Assembly: GCA_021432655.1 (NCBI GenBank)
Contig: MU271522.1
Span: 1 to 50,871 of the forward strand
Direction: 5' to 3'
Length of the DNA: 50,871 nucleotides
Source: Atractiella rhizophila
Taxonomy: Eukaryota
Shown: positions 24,774 through 37,147 of the stretch, piece by piece
Position numbering within the stretch: position 1 is the stretch's first letter
How the letters are laid out: each line of letters starts with the position of its first letter
Made by a program: the position numbers and the translations under genes
The notes under the pieces: generated by a model
Database searches by the model: none
Told to the model about the DNA's origin: nothing
Seen by the model: the letters and a program-made list of their open reading frames with translations, nothing else

Positions 24774-26704
24774 TCAAATATCGTCGAGGACCTTGGTCCT
24801 AGGTTCTCCACCATCTGGTACTCGATTCACGGCTACTCGAAACGAGGGTACCCAACTCATTGCGGGATGTCTCGGCGTGAGCAGCGTGCTGTCACCGATG
24901 TCCTTCTGAGACGTTGCTTCTAAAAGCTCCTTAACAAGAGAATACGGAAGTGACCCGTGTTGCTCCATGACATGACATGCAACGGGACTGTTGCAAACGT
25001 CTGCCTAAAAATCGGATCGAGCAGAAAGTTAATGCGCGGAATGAAAAGTCTGAAATAGACTTACCCAGTTCTCGACCAAGTATTGCATATAAATTTGTCG
25101 AACTTCATCGTAGGTGTCTGAAAACCGAGAATGCAGCTCGAGTAGTGCATTGTGTGGAGTCAGTTGAGACAGGATATTCTTCGTGGCTAGGTTCTTAAGT
25201 GACTCAACTCCGTACGCTGAGCACAAATGTTACGGCAGCGTACCAATGGCACGAAGGGACTCACCCTGTGCAAGCTTGAATATCGACTTGGGAGAGGCCG
25301 CCAACGGATCGGCAGTCAAGCACTCTGCTTCGATGGTCAGAATAGAAGGCGCCGAGCTGTCAGCTGAGCCACCTGCTTGCGGTAGATTTGAAACGCTCTT
25401 TCCCTTCTTCCACTCAGCAGTTGCCTCCAGAATTTTCCGAGCATCTTCATGAGATTTCAGTGGAGCGAAGCGAATCTCATTTGACAAGAGGTAGTAGATC
25501 GCGGCCCGATATGTCGAATAGCACGTATGATGGATGTTGACGAACTTGAACGTTGACGCCTCTCGCATGAGTGGCTTCGGTACCTAATGCCATGACCCTC
25601 AGTTCAGGGGACAAGAATTCTGATAATAGAAGCCTAACGTATTGAAAACGTAGTACCTCATCTCTCTCGATGTCAGAGTCGTCGGAATCCACCTCTGTCG
25701 TTTCTGAGTGGTCCCCGAGATAGGATGTGTTCTGGGTAGTGCTTAATGACTCCGCAAATCCAGTAGAACTAAACACTGCATAAACTTGTCATTTGGATAT
25801 CGTTAGAGGGAAGCGCAGTCTTACTGTCTCGAAAGTACTCAGAGCAACCAGCCAAAAGTGCTACCGATGAAAAGAGCTGCATCGATTGTTCATGACCGTG
25901 GTGAAAGACAAAGGCGACATCAGAGTAGAGTGGTTCGTTGAAAATGTTGAGATAATTTTTCAGTTTGCAATCTACAGCTTCGAAACGGCGTTCATCGGAT
26001 TTTTGGAAGTTGTGCAAGTCGTAAACAAACAGCGACAAAGTCACTTCCGCCTTAAAAATTGTCAGGAGCTATTTACCAGTAGCCAATTAACAACTGTACA
26101 GGCAACGAACGTATGTTTTTGTTCACTTCCCATTGATCTACAACTTTCATCTGGGGAATGGTTCGGTTTAGATGCTCGCTGGAATTCTGCGTGTCCACTT
26201 TTCGAGCGACCAGGTTTCGTGTGTGAAGTGGCTGCGACACTCCATCGAGGACCTTTTTCCCGCCGAAATCGTCAGGTTGAAGAATGGGCAGGCAAAAACA
26301 AAAAAATTGTGGACCTGCACGATGCATAAACGATCAGTAAAAAGGGCAAACTTTGAATACAGCGTAAAAGACAGCAGGACAGAATACGACAATCGCTGCT
26401 GACAGGAAACACGGATCTGTCGCACATTATTCAAGATAGCTCTGGAAGAAAGCTTCCCCGACGGACTTCCCATGTTTGACTACTTTTCATGATGGAGGCT
26501 CGTTGATGACTTCTATGGGGATCTTGAATAGGGAACATTGAAGCTGAACCGTCTCTGGTTGTGCCATCTGTTGAGTGTTCTTCTTCCGACTCCACACCCA
26601 AATCTTTGAGCAGGAACGTCCAGTGATAGTTCTCCTATATTTCTGTCAGGGAAGATGCCTGCCCAGCGGCGCTCCTAAATGCTCACCGACCAAAGGGGTT
26701 CCAT
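24774..26704 (-). CDS. BTB/POZ-domain protein, copy 3 (possible lesion near 26440)
   Basis: First micro-exon MEPLWS|GTGAGC; FNEPLYSDVAFVF..FSSTGFAES..DSDIERDE..HTCYSTYRAAIYYL..ASPKSIFKLA..LTPHNALLELHSRFSDTYDEVRQ. Closest to copy 4. Confidence 0.8.
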
Positions 26705-27274
26705 CCTCGCCTGTCAGTAGGGCATGACCTCACTTGAGGGGAGTGTGTCGAGCAGCAATGTGGAAGACGCGGGGCACAATCATTATTGAAGGCGACGAAC
26801 GACCCACTAAAATTGCCGAACATTGACATATTGACAGGCGTCCATGTCCAGAATGCGGCAAGGTGGTGGATATTTTGAAACGCGGCCAGCATTCTCACTA
26901 TTCACATCGTAGCGGCGCCGTGCGCCAGTCCCCGACTTACGTGTAAGACAAGTCTTGACTTTTCAGTCTGTGTCCTTTAATTGCGTTGTTGTTCAAGAAT
27001 AAGAAGCGGTGGAGAGAAGGAGAGAACAATTCTGTTTAGTCATATGCTACTAGTGTACGGAGGTACATCATTTTGACCCTCTGGCACAACGGACGGTTGC
27101 ACCAGCAGTAGTGTGGTGCATCTTTGCACAAGGGTAATACATCTAAGGGGGCTACACAATGGCTTCCAGGATTTTTGGTGCAAGGCATTTGTTGTTTCAG
27201 CAATCCCACTTATATTATTGTTAGATGTAGCATTCATTGGTGCAGGTTAGTGAGGAAAGTACTTACTATTCAAT

Positions 27275-27903
27275 TGTCAGGTTTACATCCCATGCAAATC
27301 GGCACCTGTTCGCCACTTTGCATCTCCAGTCGCCCATTTGAGTTCTGTGTGAGTCGGCACCTGTCCGTCCGTTGGCACTCCCATCACCCCATCACCAGTC
27401 TGTGTCTCACATTCGCCGACTTGCACTTGCCATCACCACTTTGTGTCTCCCATTGCCCATTTGTATTTTATGTGAATGAGCGGCCATTTGCCTGTTAGGG
27501 CTGACACTATGTGCAGTTGCCAATGTGTCTCTAGTGGAGATAAACCTAAGGGCATGATATGACATGAGGAGACTAACCTGTAGTGAGATAAACCTAAGAG
27601 ATACTCTAAGGTCACCTCCACTACTCTCGGATCTATATATACAAGCGGAATAACACTGCCACAGAGCGTAGAGGAGAGCAGATGAAACATGTAAGAGAAC
27701 TAAAAGGGGAAGTGACAGTGGGATTACGCGGAGTTAATAAGAGGAGGATAAGCACAATTGGGCTAAGTGGTGATGTAGGCGCAAATGGGCGAACGGGAGA
27801 CGCAGAGTGGCGAACGGGCACCGGTTCGCAGGGAACACAAATGGGCAGCAGGAGACACAATCTGGCGAAGGGGCGCCGATTTGCGTAAGATGCAAACCTG
27901 ACA
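27275..27903. mobile_element. Fold-back/MITE-like element with TGTCAGG...CCTGACA ends and long imperfect TIRs
   Basis: Left end TGTCAGGTTTACATCCCATGCAAATCGGCACCTGTTCGCCAC aligns with the right-end reverse complement TGTCAGGTTTGCATCTTACGCAAATCGGCGCCCCTTCGCCAG over ~90 bp. Internal ~50-bp subrepeats; flanks TCAAT / CCAAC. Confidence 0.75.
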
Positions 27904-28181
27904 CCAACATTGTTGCATTATAGTAATAACAAGTGCATGCCTTCATCAGCAAAACGTCTTGTGAGCTGGGCTAATATGATGCCAAATAATAGAGGCAATC
28001 GGGCTAGGGCAGATTAGGGCAGCATATGATAAGTATGGATTAATGTAAGTACATTTCTCATTTCTAGCACAATATAGCACACACGTTCGCCTATAGCACA
28101 GTATAGCGGCGATGAAGAGGAATACCAGCTGTTCAGGAAAAAACGAAAAAACGACTAGTTGGATTGTAGGGATAGGGTTAG

Positions 28182-29000
28182 ATGAGCCGCGCTCGTGCTC
28201 CTACTTCTTCCATCCCCGTGTTGAAAGCATACAAAGCGAATCCCCCAGACATCCACGTCCACATTGAACCCGCCAGCACATTCATCCTCACAACCACAGC
28301 TCCTGAACCAGAATTTGTGCCTCTGACGAACACTCAACTGTTTGGTAATCACGCCCTGTTTGCCAACAACAACGACTCGGACGCCAATGGCTGACTGGGA
28401 GTGCAATCGCAAGAAAAGAAGTAAAGGGTGATCGCTGTGGAGGAGGATAGAAGCATTGAAGGATTGTTCAGGTCGTATTTGAGCCAGCTTTCCAAGGTAC
28501 GCACTCTATGTTTCCTGGAGTATCGGGTGATGTGTTGGATGCGCTCGGTACTTCATCTGATGTTATATGATTGTAGATTTGGAATGTCTTTCTTTACAGC
28601 GGCCCTACTGTTCTATTTCCATTCCGTCCCATAAACTGTCTATTTGTTCAGCTACCAGCCTCTCGCGACACAGCAACGTTCGATCTCCCTCGACTCCTTC
28701 TCCTTCTCACTGGACCGCCGTACGCCCCGCCATAACTACTTTAACTAGCAGGTAGTCAAGCTTATAGACTAAGATCTATTGAAACAGTTTTGAAAAAAGC
28801 TTGGTTGGCTGCTCAGTTAAAGTGTATGGCATGTGGTGGAACAACGTGAAGGGAGAGAGGAAAAGTTTGCGCTTGGAACGGAGTGAGAGAAGCATACTGG
28901 TACGTGCTTTCTTATTCATGTTTGTATTATATTGAAGTTAGGATTAGGATGAATTGGTCCAGCATCCCCTATCTGAGTTCGGTGCGTATCTATCTTACAT
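28182..29000 (+). pseudogene. Decayed hypothetical gene inside the Plavaka element (3' end approximate)
   Basis: MSRARAPTSS...DANG*LGVQSQEKK*RVIAVEEDRSIEGLFRSYLSQLSK is one reading frame broken by TGA and TAA, followed by GT-AG introns. Confidence 0.45.
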
Positions 29001-29899
29001 CCGTCGATGTGATGCCTGAGCTGGTTGGTTTTGACACAGCTGCAATGAACGGAACCTCCCAATCATTGTTCACTCCCCCACTTTGCCCTCCACACTTCAC
29101 TCGCTTTGAAAACATGCGCTTTCATACATTCTGCACCATTTCAACTTCGGTCACTCGTCACCACTCGTCCTCGTCGTGATCAGCTTCGATGATCCCTCAA
29201 ACTGGCTCTTCAACTTCAACTCTTGGTTTGGGAATGTCTCCGCGGGAGGGGAGACGAGTTTTTATTGTCAACTCGGTGTTAACTTACGATGTATGTTCTC
29301 GATTTCTTTGTAAGCTCTCAGTGACTGTTTGTAACTGATATCATTTGGTTGTCATAGAATTTCCTTTTTTCAGTTTGATCTGATAGGCAGCTGTCATGGC
29401 CTTAACATTATAACGGGCGAGTCAGCTAACGAATGGACCAACTCGCTTAGCCTTCGGGAGAACCTTTCCGGCCATCGACAACGTACAGACAACCACCGCT
29501 TCAGCTGATGTTCACCTAACCCAAAAAATGATCCTCTTCTCTCAAGACACACCATATCCATTCTTCGATACGAAAAGACTACTCCACCATCGTCTCCTGG
29601 TTTAATGGCACCCGACTTCGCACGCTTCCCTGTCCTCAAAGCGAAGCTTGGGCGGTCTCTTCCTTACCTGGCCGGTTCCTCCACCTAGATCTCCTGCCAA
29701 CCTGATAGCTCTAGTCGGAGTCAGAGGAAGGGGAGAGGCTGTGACTGTGCATGTGCATGGACCATCGGATGAGTGAAAAAAAAGTTGCTAAGACGACTGT
29801 ACGGTGGGATTTTGGAGGAGTGATGCTTGGATGAGAAGTAGATTCGAGAACTTGGATCGGAGGTGCGCTGTTCCTGGTTCCCCTGCCAAATATTGAGTT

Positions 29900-30430
29900 T
29901 GTGTGGGCTCAGAATCAGCGTGTAACACTCAAAATCGTACCGCGTCCCTCCTCCGCATGTCTGCCATGGATATTGGCTCCCATCTTCTTCTTCGTCTCGA
30001 ACGTTGATACCTCCACTGGTGTTGGAAGCGGGTACGCTTTGCTTGAGCAGCAGCTTGGGCGATATTTGACACGTCAATTGGTTCAAAGGTCAGACGCAAC
30101 TCTGATACACACCGTTGGTCTAATTGGTGGGATTGGAATCAAAATTGCCCGTATTCTTCGTATGGATCAACATATGGATCTTTTCCACGACAAAGAGCGC
30201 CATCGTTTACAAACCGAATCTGAAGATTCTGAATAACTCGACAGTGACGCTTGACTTTAGACTGGTCGCTCGTGTCATGCAGCATCCTCTCATCCAACCT
30301 CGACCTCTCAAACCTCCTTAAACTCTCTTTCAGCTCTGCGGATCTCATCTACCTTTCTGGCATCCATTTCAATGGCGACTCAATCAGCCTTCCACGTGTG
30401 GAGACGTATGATCTCCTCAATGGAGATATG
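29900..30430 (-). pseudogene. Decayed charged/coiled-coil ORF inside the Plavaka element
   Basis: One minus frame reads IEEIIRLHTWKAD*VAIEMDARKVDEIRRAEREFKEV*EVEVG*EDAA*HERPV*..., protein-like but riddled with mostly TGA stops. Confidence 0.4.
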
Positions 30431-30957
30431 TGTTGAGGCTGGAAAGAAGGAGAGTATAGAGGAAACTCTCCGGTCTTTCAGAAAGGTTGTGAGAGTTGAT
30501 AGTAAGATGAGTGGAGGTTGCAGGTTGGAAAACGGTGAGGAAGGATAAACACAAGAGGAAGATCCTTCGCTTGCCTACGGCTTATGCAATGGTTTGACAT
30601 TTTGGTCTGGTATTTCCTTCATGCTGGCCTGGATGTTGTTGTACTAACTTTGATATTCTAGTGTACTCAACCTACCGCTGCTTTCTCTGCACGACGGTCT
30701 CTTCCCTTTGCATCCGGACGGTTATCCTACTCCCTTTTTTACAGTGCAACCTCTCCAATCCTTTCCTCAGACTTGCGAAACTGGAATATGGTGGCGTAAT
30801 GAAGGGGATTGCATGGGGATTACGGTATGTACTGTTTCTGTTTGAAGAGGGGAAGGGATTTCGTGTTCTTCTGTTTTATTTGTCATATTCTTCTGGTTTG
30901 TGCCAGACAGCTCATGCGTTACAGAGGGTAGGTGGTGCTCCCCTTCCCTGTGTGATG

Positions 30958-33900
30958 CTAGAAAGCGGCCATTGTTAAAAATGCGTCACGGTCACTGAAC
31001 GCATTGAGCCAGAAGGTGTCGTGGGTATCTAGGACTTCTGTGCGGTCTTGTTCAGGAGTCTGAGATTTCCATCGAGGTATGATGAGAGTCGATCGGACAA
31101 TATCGCTGAGCGAAATAACAGAAGCATCCCGCTTCCGTTCATTATGGTGATGGATAATGGAAGGCTTGAGTTGAAACAGGCCGGTAACAGGATCTGGTTC
31201 CTGAGAGGCGAAGGAAAACCACTCTATGAGTGCCACTTCGTGTGTTTGTCCATCATGCTCGAATGAGAAGAAGAGGAGCACTCTTGCAGGACGGTACGGC
31301 AGCAGGCCTTGCCGAGCTCGTTTGTTGGTAGTTTGGTCGATGAGTACACAATCCCATCTAGTTTGAGCACGACCAGTGCGGCGTTCAGTCCACCGCTCTG
31401 TGGCTCGTAGGTAGTGACTGATGAGGGAGCCATCGCAACGGGCAATTGGATGTGGAAGCCATTTGATTCTTGCTCCAGGGCGGCGTTTGATTACACCGTC
31501 GAATGCCGGAGCATGGAGGAGTGAGGTGTGGTTGTGCCTGGGAGGGGGATGCTGGGCACGGAACTGTAATGAAAGGAGGTAGCGGCGAACATGATCTTGC
31601 AGACCGACGATTCCTTCGTCTATGGCTGCGGCTGCTATTGTCTTAGGATAACCTGGATCTATGAAACCATGACCTCTGATACAGAGAAGAGTGGAGGATC
31701 ACGCACAACTCCGAGATGCCAAAGTGCAGCCTTCGATCTCATTGAACACCCGGTTCCTGACACCTTTCGCAGTCCGTACCTCTCGTTGTAGCAGCCCGTG
31801 CTCCTGAAGATATACTTCTTTCTGGCGAAAGATGTCCTCATAATACACCCGTTGAAGCATTTGAAACTCAGGCCGGCATTTATTACTGCTTCGCCAAGGG
31901 TCTTTACACATCGCTTGATGATTTCGTTCGGTATGTTCCGAGTTGAGGCCATCAAGCGCTCCAAATTCCTCGATATCCTCGCGGTAGTGTTGAATTGAAT
32001 GCATTTTAGGAAAGTTGTAGTTGCCTTTATGAACAGGGTCAAAGGCTTTAAGGTTGTTGTAAAACCGAGCCTTTGCCTGTCCATTCGATCAAGCAAGGAG
32101 GAGGTGAAAGACTGGCATTGAGCATAGTTGAGGAAAGCTGTGAGTGCGGCGACGCACTCTGCAGCCCCGTCAGGCACCAGACCAGTTATTGCGGGAGTGT
32201 AAATTGAGATGAGGTTTTGAGCATCTGTAGCCGTCCATTTGGAAAAGTTAACACCGTCGTAAAAGAGACGCAGACCCGGAAAATACGGTGTGGCTCGCAG
32301 ACGGCAGGACAACTCATCGAGACCGTCCTTACCATGCTCTTGCTCGATCAGTCCATTGATCCACTGGACCAGATGCTCGATGAAAAGACCTTTGAGGAGC
32401 TGATGCAATAGATCTGATGTTAGAATGCTGTGAATGTTCGTGTCAGGAATCTGAGACACAAAGATGTCTAACTTGCGGTAACCAAATTGCCTTCGAAGCT
32501 CAGTGATGTTGAAGTGCTGGGCAAGCAGCTCGCGATCACCAAGACAGCGTGGTGAACCTGCGATATTGTGCCCACGTTCCTTCAGAGGGATGTAGCAGCA
32601 GGGGCATCGTCCACGAAGCACTCCAGCTAGCAGTGCTTGCTCTGGGTAGTCCGCAATCCATGTCGCAAGGAAGGGATATACTTGTCGATAGAATCCATCA
32701 GCACATTGAACAAACATCCCCTCATTGCTGAGTGCCGCTAGCTCCCGAAAGATATGCTGTAATGTGGCATGGAAGAGCTGTTGGGAGAAAGAGCGGTAGC
32801 GCTCTGTGTGTTTTTCATCTTCGTTAGCATCTGGACCACGTTTCTTAGCAACCTGCAAGGCCAAATACTGAACGTACCTTCGGGAATAGGTAGATACCCA
32901 ATCAAAATCAAGCCTCGTCGCCTATCAAGGTAGCGTGCTCCACGGCGTATATTGCCAATCGAGAGGTAGACCGGCCAGGCGGAGTTGTTGCCTTTCAGAA
33001 TAGATAAGACGGTCTCATCAGAAGCGCATATGAGTGGACACGCTGTGGCGCCTTCCGGGAGCTCCCCCTGCATAATAGGTAAGATCAGCGTTCTCTGTCA
33101 GTAATTCATGCTTACTTGTCGTCTCAGCCAGCATTCTCCTGAAGCCATTTCAGAGAAAATCCTTTCTCCATTATGGTCATACTCTCGGTAGGGAGCATAG
33201 TCCATATCCGCGGCAAAATCTCGATTGCCAATGAGGGAGGCAACGACGTCTCTGAGGTCGCGGTGGAACAAGAGATAGGTGCTCCGCATGTAACTGGGTG
33301 ATCTTTCGTCTGTATTCGGCACTGTGAGTTTGGTTTCCTCCCATTTGAGATGTGTTCCAGGGATGTCATTAACTAGTTCAAGTAGCTGATCCTTTGTCTT
33401 GAACTGTAGGTCGTTGCCAAAACTCTCCAACACGTCCTGGAACTCCTCCACTCTACGTTCACTCGTCATGACACCACCAGGATTCATCAAGAAACGAGCT
33501 GCTTTGAAGTTCGGCTGGTCGTGGAAGGGATAAAAGGCGTTGTCTTCAAGGGCTTTGTCAGTCTCAAACTGCTCTGCTTCATCTTCTACTGGATTTGCTC
33601 TCTCTCCGGTTGAAAAGTAAGCCCAACCTGCACCAAATTAACCTTTGCTTTGAGCTGATTATTATCTTACTGGCATTAGGATGCATGATCCTCTTACTTC
33701 GTGGACCTTCTGCTTGTGCACTTCCTTGTCTGGATCTTGGAGGAGATGCTCCATTCAAGAAATTGTTAAATGGTTCGTTCATCTCTTCCGCAACCTTGTT
33801 ATCCTGTACGCATTATGTTATCATGACATATTAGTAGAGAGAAGGTATGCGCACGGCAGCTCTCTGGCCTCTGGCTAGAGCATGAGCCCCATGGATGGCA

Positions 33901-33983
33901 AAGTGTCTTGTTAAGCCAGCTCGAGTTGGACAGACCTTCTGGCAGCCAGGGTACCAACAGTGTAGCCCACCTTCGTTAGGCAT
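30958..33983 (-). pseudogene. Plavaka transposase with N-terminal C2H2 zinc finger; near-intact (frameshift at ~32078, TGA at 31699)
   Basis: MPNEGGLHCWYPGCQKVCPTRAGLTRHFAIH (C2H2), NAFYPF, RIFSEMASGECW..Q, PLICASDET..AWPVYLSIGNI, QQLFH, CADG..R..YP.LA.WIADYPEQALLAGV..CPCC, DLLHQLLKG.F..HL, FPGLR.F, NFPKMHS..HY...I..FG..DG..SEHTE..H, and C-terminal WDCVLI..ALIEWF..IVRST.IIP..FWLNAFSD. These are hallmark Plavaka motifs. Confidence 0.9.
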
Positions 33984-34120
33984 GTTTAGAGACTTGTCTT
34001 CTCTAAAAATTTCTCACAGCTGCAATTTGCAATATCAGGATGGTCAGCTTTGTTTCCGTGTTTCATAACTGTGCCATGGCTTTCTATTTTTCTTGTCTAT
34101 GTGACCTCGGATTAACCACC

Positions 34121-36220
34121 ATGGCTGATAATGTTAATGTGGCCAGAGTCAAACGAAAGGCTGCTGAACTGCAGCGGAAAAACTTCCTCAAGTCTGACGT
34201 CATGCCCAAATCACGCCGACAAGCACCATCTGACGATGATGACGCTGCTCCTCCCACAACCAGCAAGAAGCGAACTCTCTCGGCTCGCCAAAAACAAGAG
34301 GCCACCCAACCAGTTGCGGAGAAGAAGAAACGGGCCAGGAGAAATGTTCCCGCTAACACCGCGTCTGCAAGACAAGACAACACTTCACATCAGCCTTTGC
34401 CCTTGCTAAGTCAATCCCACCAGGTTCTTGATCAAACATCGAATTCCCAATTCACTTCCGCCACTCCCGTTCATGTCCGCCAGAATTACCTCAAGTCTAC
34501 TGTAGTGCCAATGGCAGAGGACTCCGAAGAGGATAGAGACTCGGAAGAGGAGCTGGAGGGAGCATCAGAGTCCTTGATTCGTCCGCTAGGTGAAGATGAA
34601 GATGACCAGGTGGACGAGGAACAAGATAACAACGAACACATGTTGACTGCGGCACAAAAAGAGGTAGTTAGGGATATAATGCGATCAGGTCGGACGGCTT
34701 CAGGAACAACGGTAAGTTCCTCACTCTGACTCTCATCTATTCTTCGTCTTTTACTTTTGGATGTAGGCGCTAAGAATGGTACACACCTCCCTAATTGATG
34801 TATGGACATCTTTACATCTTTATAATGCCAGGTTTCTTGCTAATTATTGCCTTAGCCATCGCTGGAGCCATCACCTCCTTCTATTCCTACACGAGGCACC
34901 CCGCACCGCACCTCGTCAGGCTCACGCTCACTCGCTCCAGTGGTCTTTGCCCATGCCTCTGGTTCAGCTACCTCAGCTCGTTTCACAAGCTTCCAACCTA
35001 CCTCTCTAGATAAATTGAGAACTCGAGGTGCTCATTCAAGCTCTCATTTGTTGATGGAACCAGAAACTATAATGAGCGGTGCTGATACGGGACGAGGTCA
35101 TGGTGGAGAGGATTTAACTGATGATCTGCAAGATGTGAAGCTGATTGTTAAGAAAAAGCTCGGTATGAACCCTGTAAACTTCTCAGACAAAGCTAACGAG
35201 ACGGCAGACTGGAGTTCACCAACAAAGGACCGCACTGCTGCAGAGTATGCAAAGGTTGAACAGCTCCGGGATCTTCTCACAATTAATGCCTATCCATCGA
35301 TGGAGGAAGAGAAAGGAATTGCAGCCTCCCGCTATCTGGATGCATCTGGAGGCCTTTCAGCATCTAATCAGGTCTTAAACAATGTATGAGCCCGATCGTT
35401 CTATAATTTGCTAACTTGAAAATAGATTACCTCCCATCAAGCTACGCATCGATCATATTTTGCTCGGAGGGCCAGAAACGGCCTCCTCAAGCTATATGAT
35501 ATCCCCCAAGATGATGCTGAAGAGGCGCTCTATCAGCTCCACTTTTGGGCTCAGTACTTTCACTATGCTGACGGGAACCCGCTCGTTGGCCCTTCAACCG
35601 GCCCTGCTACCGTTGTATATCTTTCTTCCATTTGGCTCACACCTGACACAGCCTCTCTAGCCTCGTAAGGGGTGGCGACACCCTGGATTTTTATCTCTTG
35701 TCAAGGATCAGCTAGAGCAAAGAGAATATGCGCGGGCAACTGCACAATGGGATGAGTTTCAGGCTGCAATTCCTCGTGGATTCCTAGCTCTCATGGCTAC
35801 CGCAGTAAGGTCTCTGTAGAAGTCTCATTGCTAGTGAGATGCTGAGCAAAACGTCAGGTTACCTACGCTTTCGACTATCACATCAAGTACTTTGAATCCA
35901 AGCGAGACAAGAACGATTTACCCATACCTTCCAAGTTTCAATTTAGTGCAGAGCCTCTTAAGGCACCATATGTTGGTCGGTATCGCTCTTTCATGGCGGA
36001 GTTGTCAGATATACCGGATAATTTCTTCGTCAAAGTCAATAAGTTAATTGGTGAGTCTCTTCACCTCAGTGGCTTTCTAATTACGTTGCACGCAGGCCGC
36101 CAAGTGGGATTGATCAACACGGCTTCACAACGGGGCACAATGCAAACTGCCGATGATACCTATCAGCTGCCCCCCCGGTTTGTCTATGTGCCAGATGACG
36201 AAGAAGACATGGATATGTGA
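34121..36220 (+). CDS. Transposon accessory protein with disordered N-terminus and DUF6532-like C-terminal domain
   Basis: Multi-exon. Acidic/basic low-complexity N-terminus, then YFHYADG..GWRHPGFLSLVK..IPRGFLALMATAV..Y, resembling the DUF6532 pattern (from recall, not searched). Lies head-to-head with the transposase. Confidence 0.6.
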
Positions 36221-36687
36221 TTGCAGTTTAGAAGTTTAGATTATGAGCAGACTTCGGTAAGGGAATTTGCAGGATTTACATCTTATTGATGCTGGTTTTT
36301 GCTCGTCCACTCTTTTAGTAGTTCACAACCCTTCTATTTTCATTGTTCGACTTTGCTGTCTCTAGACACTGTTTTAGGACTTGCAATGATTATACCGTGC
36401 TTAATGTTTTGGAAATGAGTCACAGGAAATAGAAGAATATGGCCTGACTATGGATTATTGTATGACAAGCAATAGTCTGCTATCGCTCTTTGTATATCAC
36501 AAACTATCACCTGTATAAGTGCTATCATACACAAGGGATATCGAACAAAGCTATAAGACTGTAGTATATATGATAGCCGTGATAGATACTATAAATTGGT
36601 GGAGCAATTTGCTGATGTTCTTCGTGCTTTCAGGTACCTTGTATGGCCAGCTCTTTTCAACCTTGGCAAAAATGCAGCATGATCATC

Positions 36688-37147
36688 AAGCTGTCGCTAA
36701 CACCGATTCTGTGACAGAAGGAGAAAAGGTCATCAAGACCGCCATTGATGCTTTTGGCACAGTTCATGCATACTTCTCTTCTCCATATGCTGAGCCAGGC
36801 TGAATCGATACTGCAGATTCTGGTCAACAACGCCGGTATCCTTAGGGACAAATCCTTTACCACCATGACCGACGCAGAATGGGACCTGGTTTACTCCGTC
36901 CACCTCAAAGGCACCTACTCCTGCACCAAAGCAGCATGGCCTCATTTCCTCGTACAGAAATACAGTCAATTGTGAATGCTACCTCCGTCGTTGCGCTGTT
37001 TGGGAACTTCGGACAAGCCAACTATTTGACTGCAAAGGCTGCAATTCTTGGATTCTCCAAGGCACTTTCTGTCGAAGGAAAAAAGTACAGAATCCTTGTG
37101 AACATGCTCGTCCCCAATGCCGGTACAGCTATGATGGCTACTATTTG
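36688..37147 (+). pseudogene. FOX2: Fragment of peroxisomal multifunctional beta-oxidation enzyme (SDR dehydrogenase domain)
   Basis: [73 protein letters not shown] / [43 protein letters not shown]...PNAGTAM..TIW. Frameshift near 36968; no GxxxGxG N-terminus and no hydratase domain. Confidence 0.85.

Larger units (their letters stand above)
27944..36617. mobile_element. Plavaka-type DNA transposon, ~8.7 kb, putatively complete
   Basis: CATCAGCAAA at 27944-27953 and TTTGCTGATG at 36608-36617, with TT immediately outside both. Clustered TAGCAC/GCTAT subterminal motifs at 28065-28107 and 36470-36590. Contains a Plavaka transposase. Confidence 0.65.

Noticed and set aside
27045..27070. Possible Helitron 3' end (short hairpin plus CTAG on the minus strand)
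   Set aside because: The hairpin is only 5 bp and abuts the CTAG, and no matching 5' end was identified.
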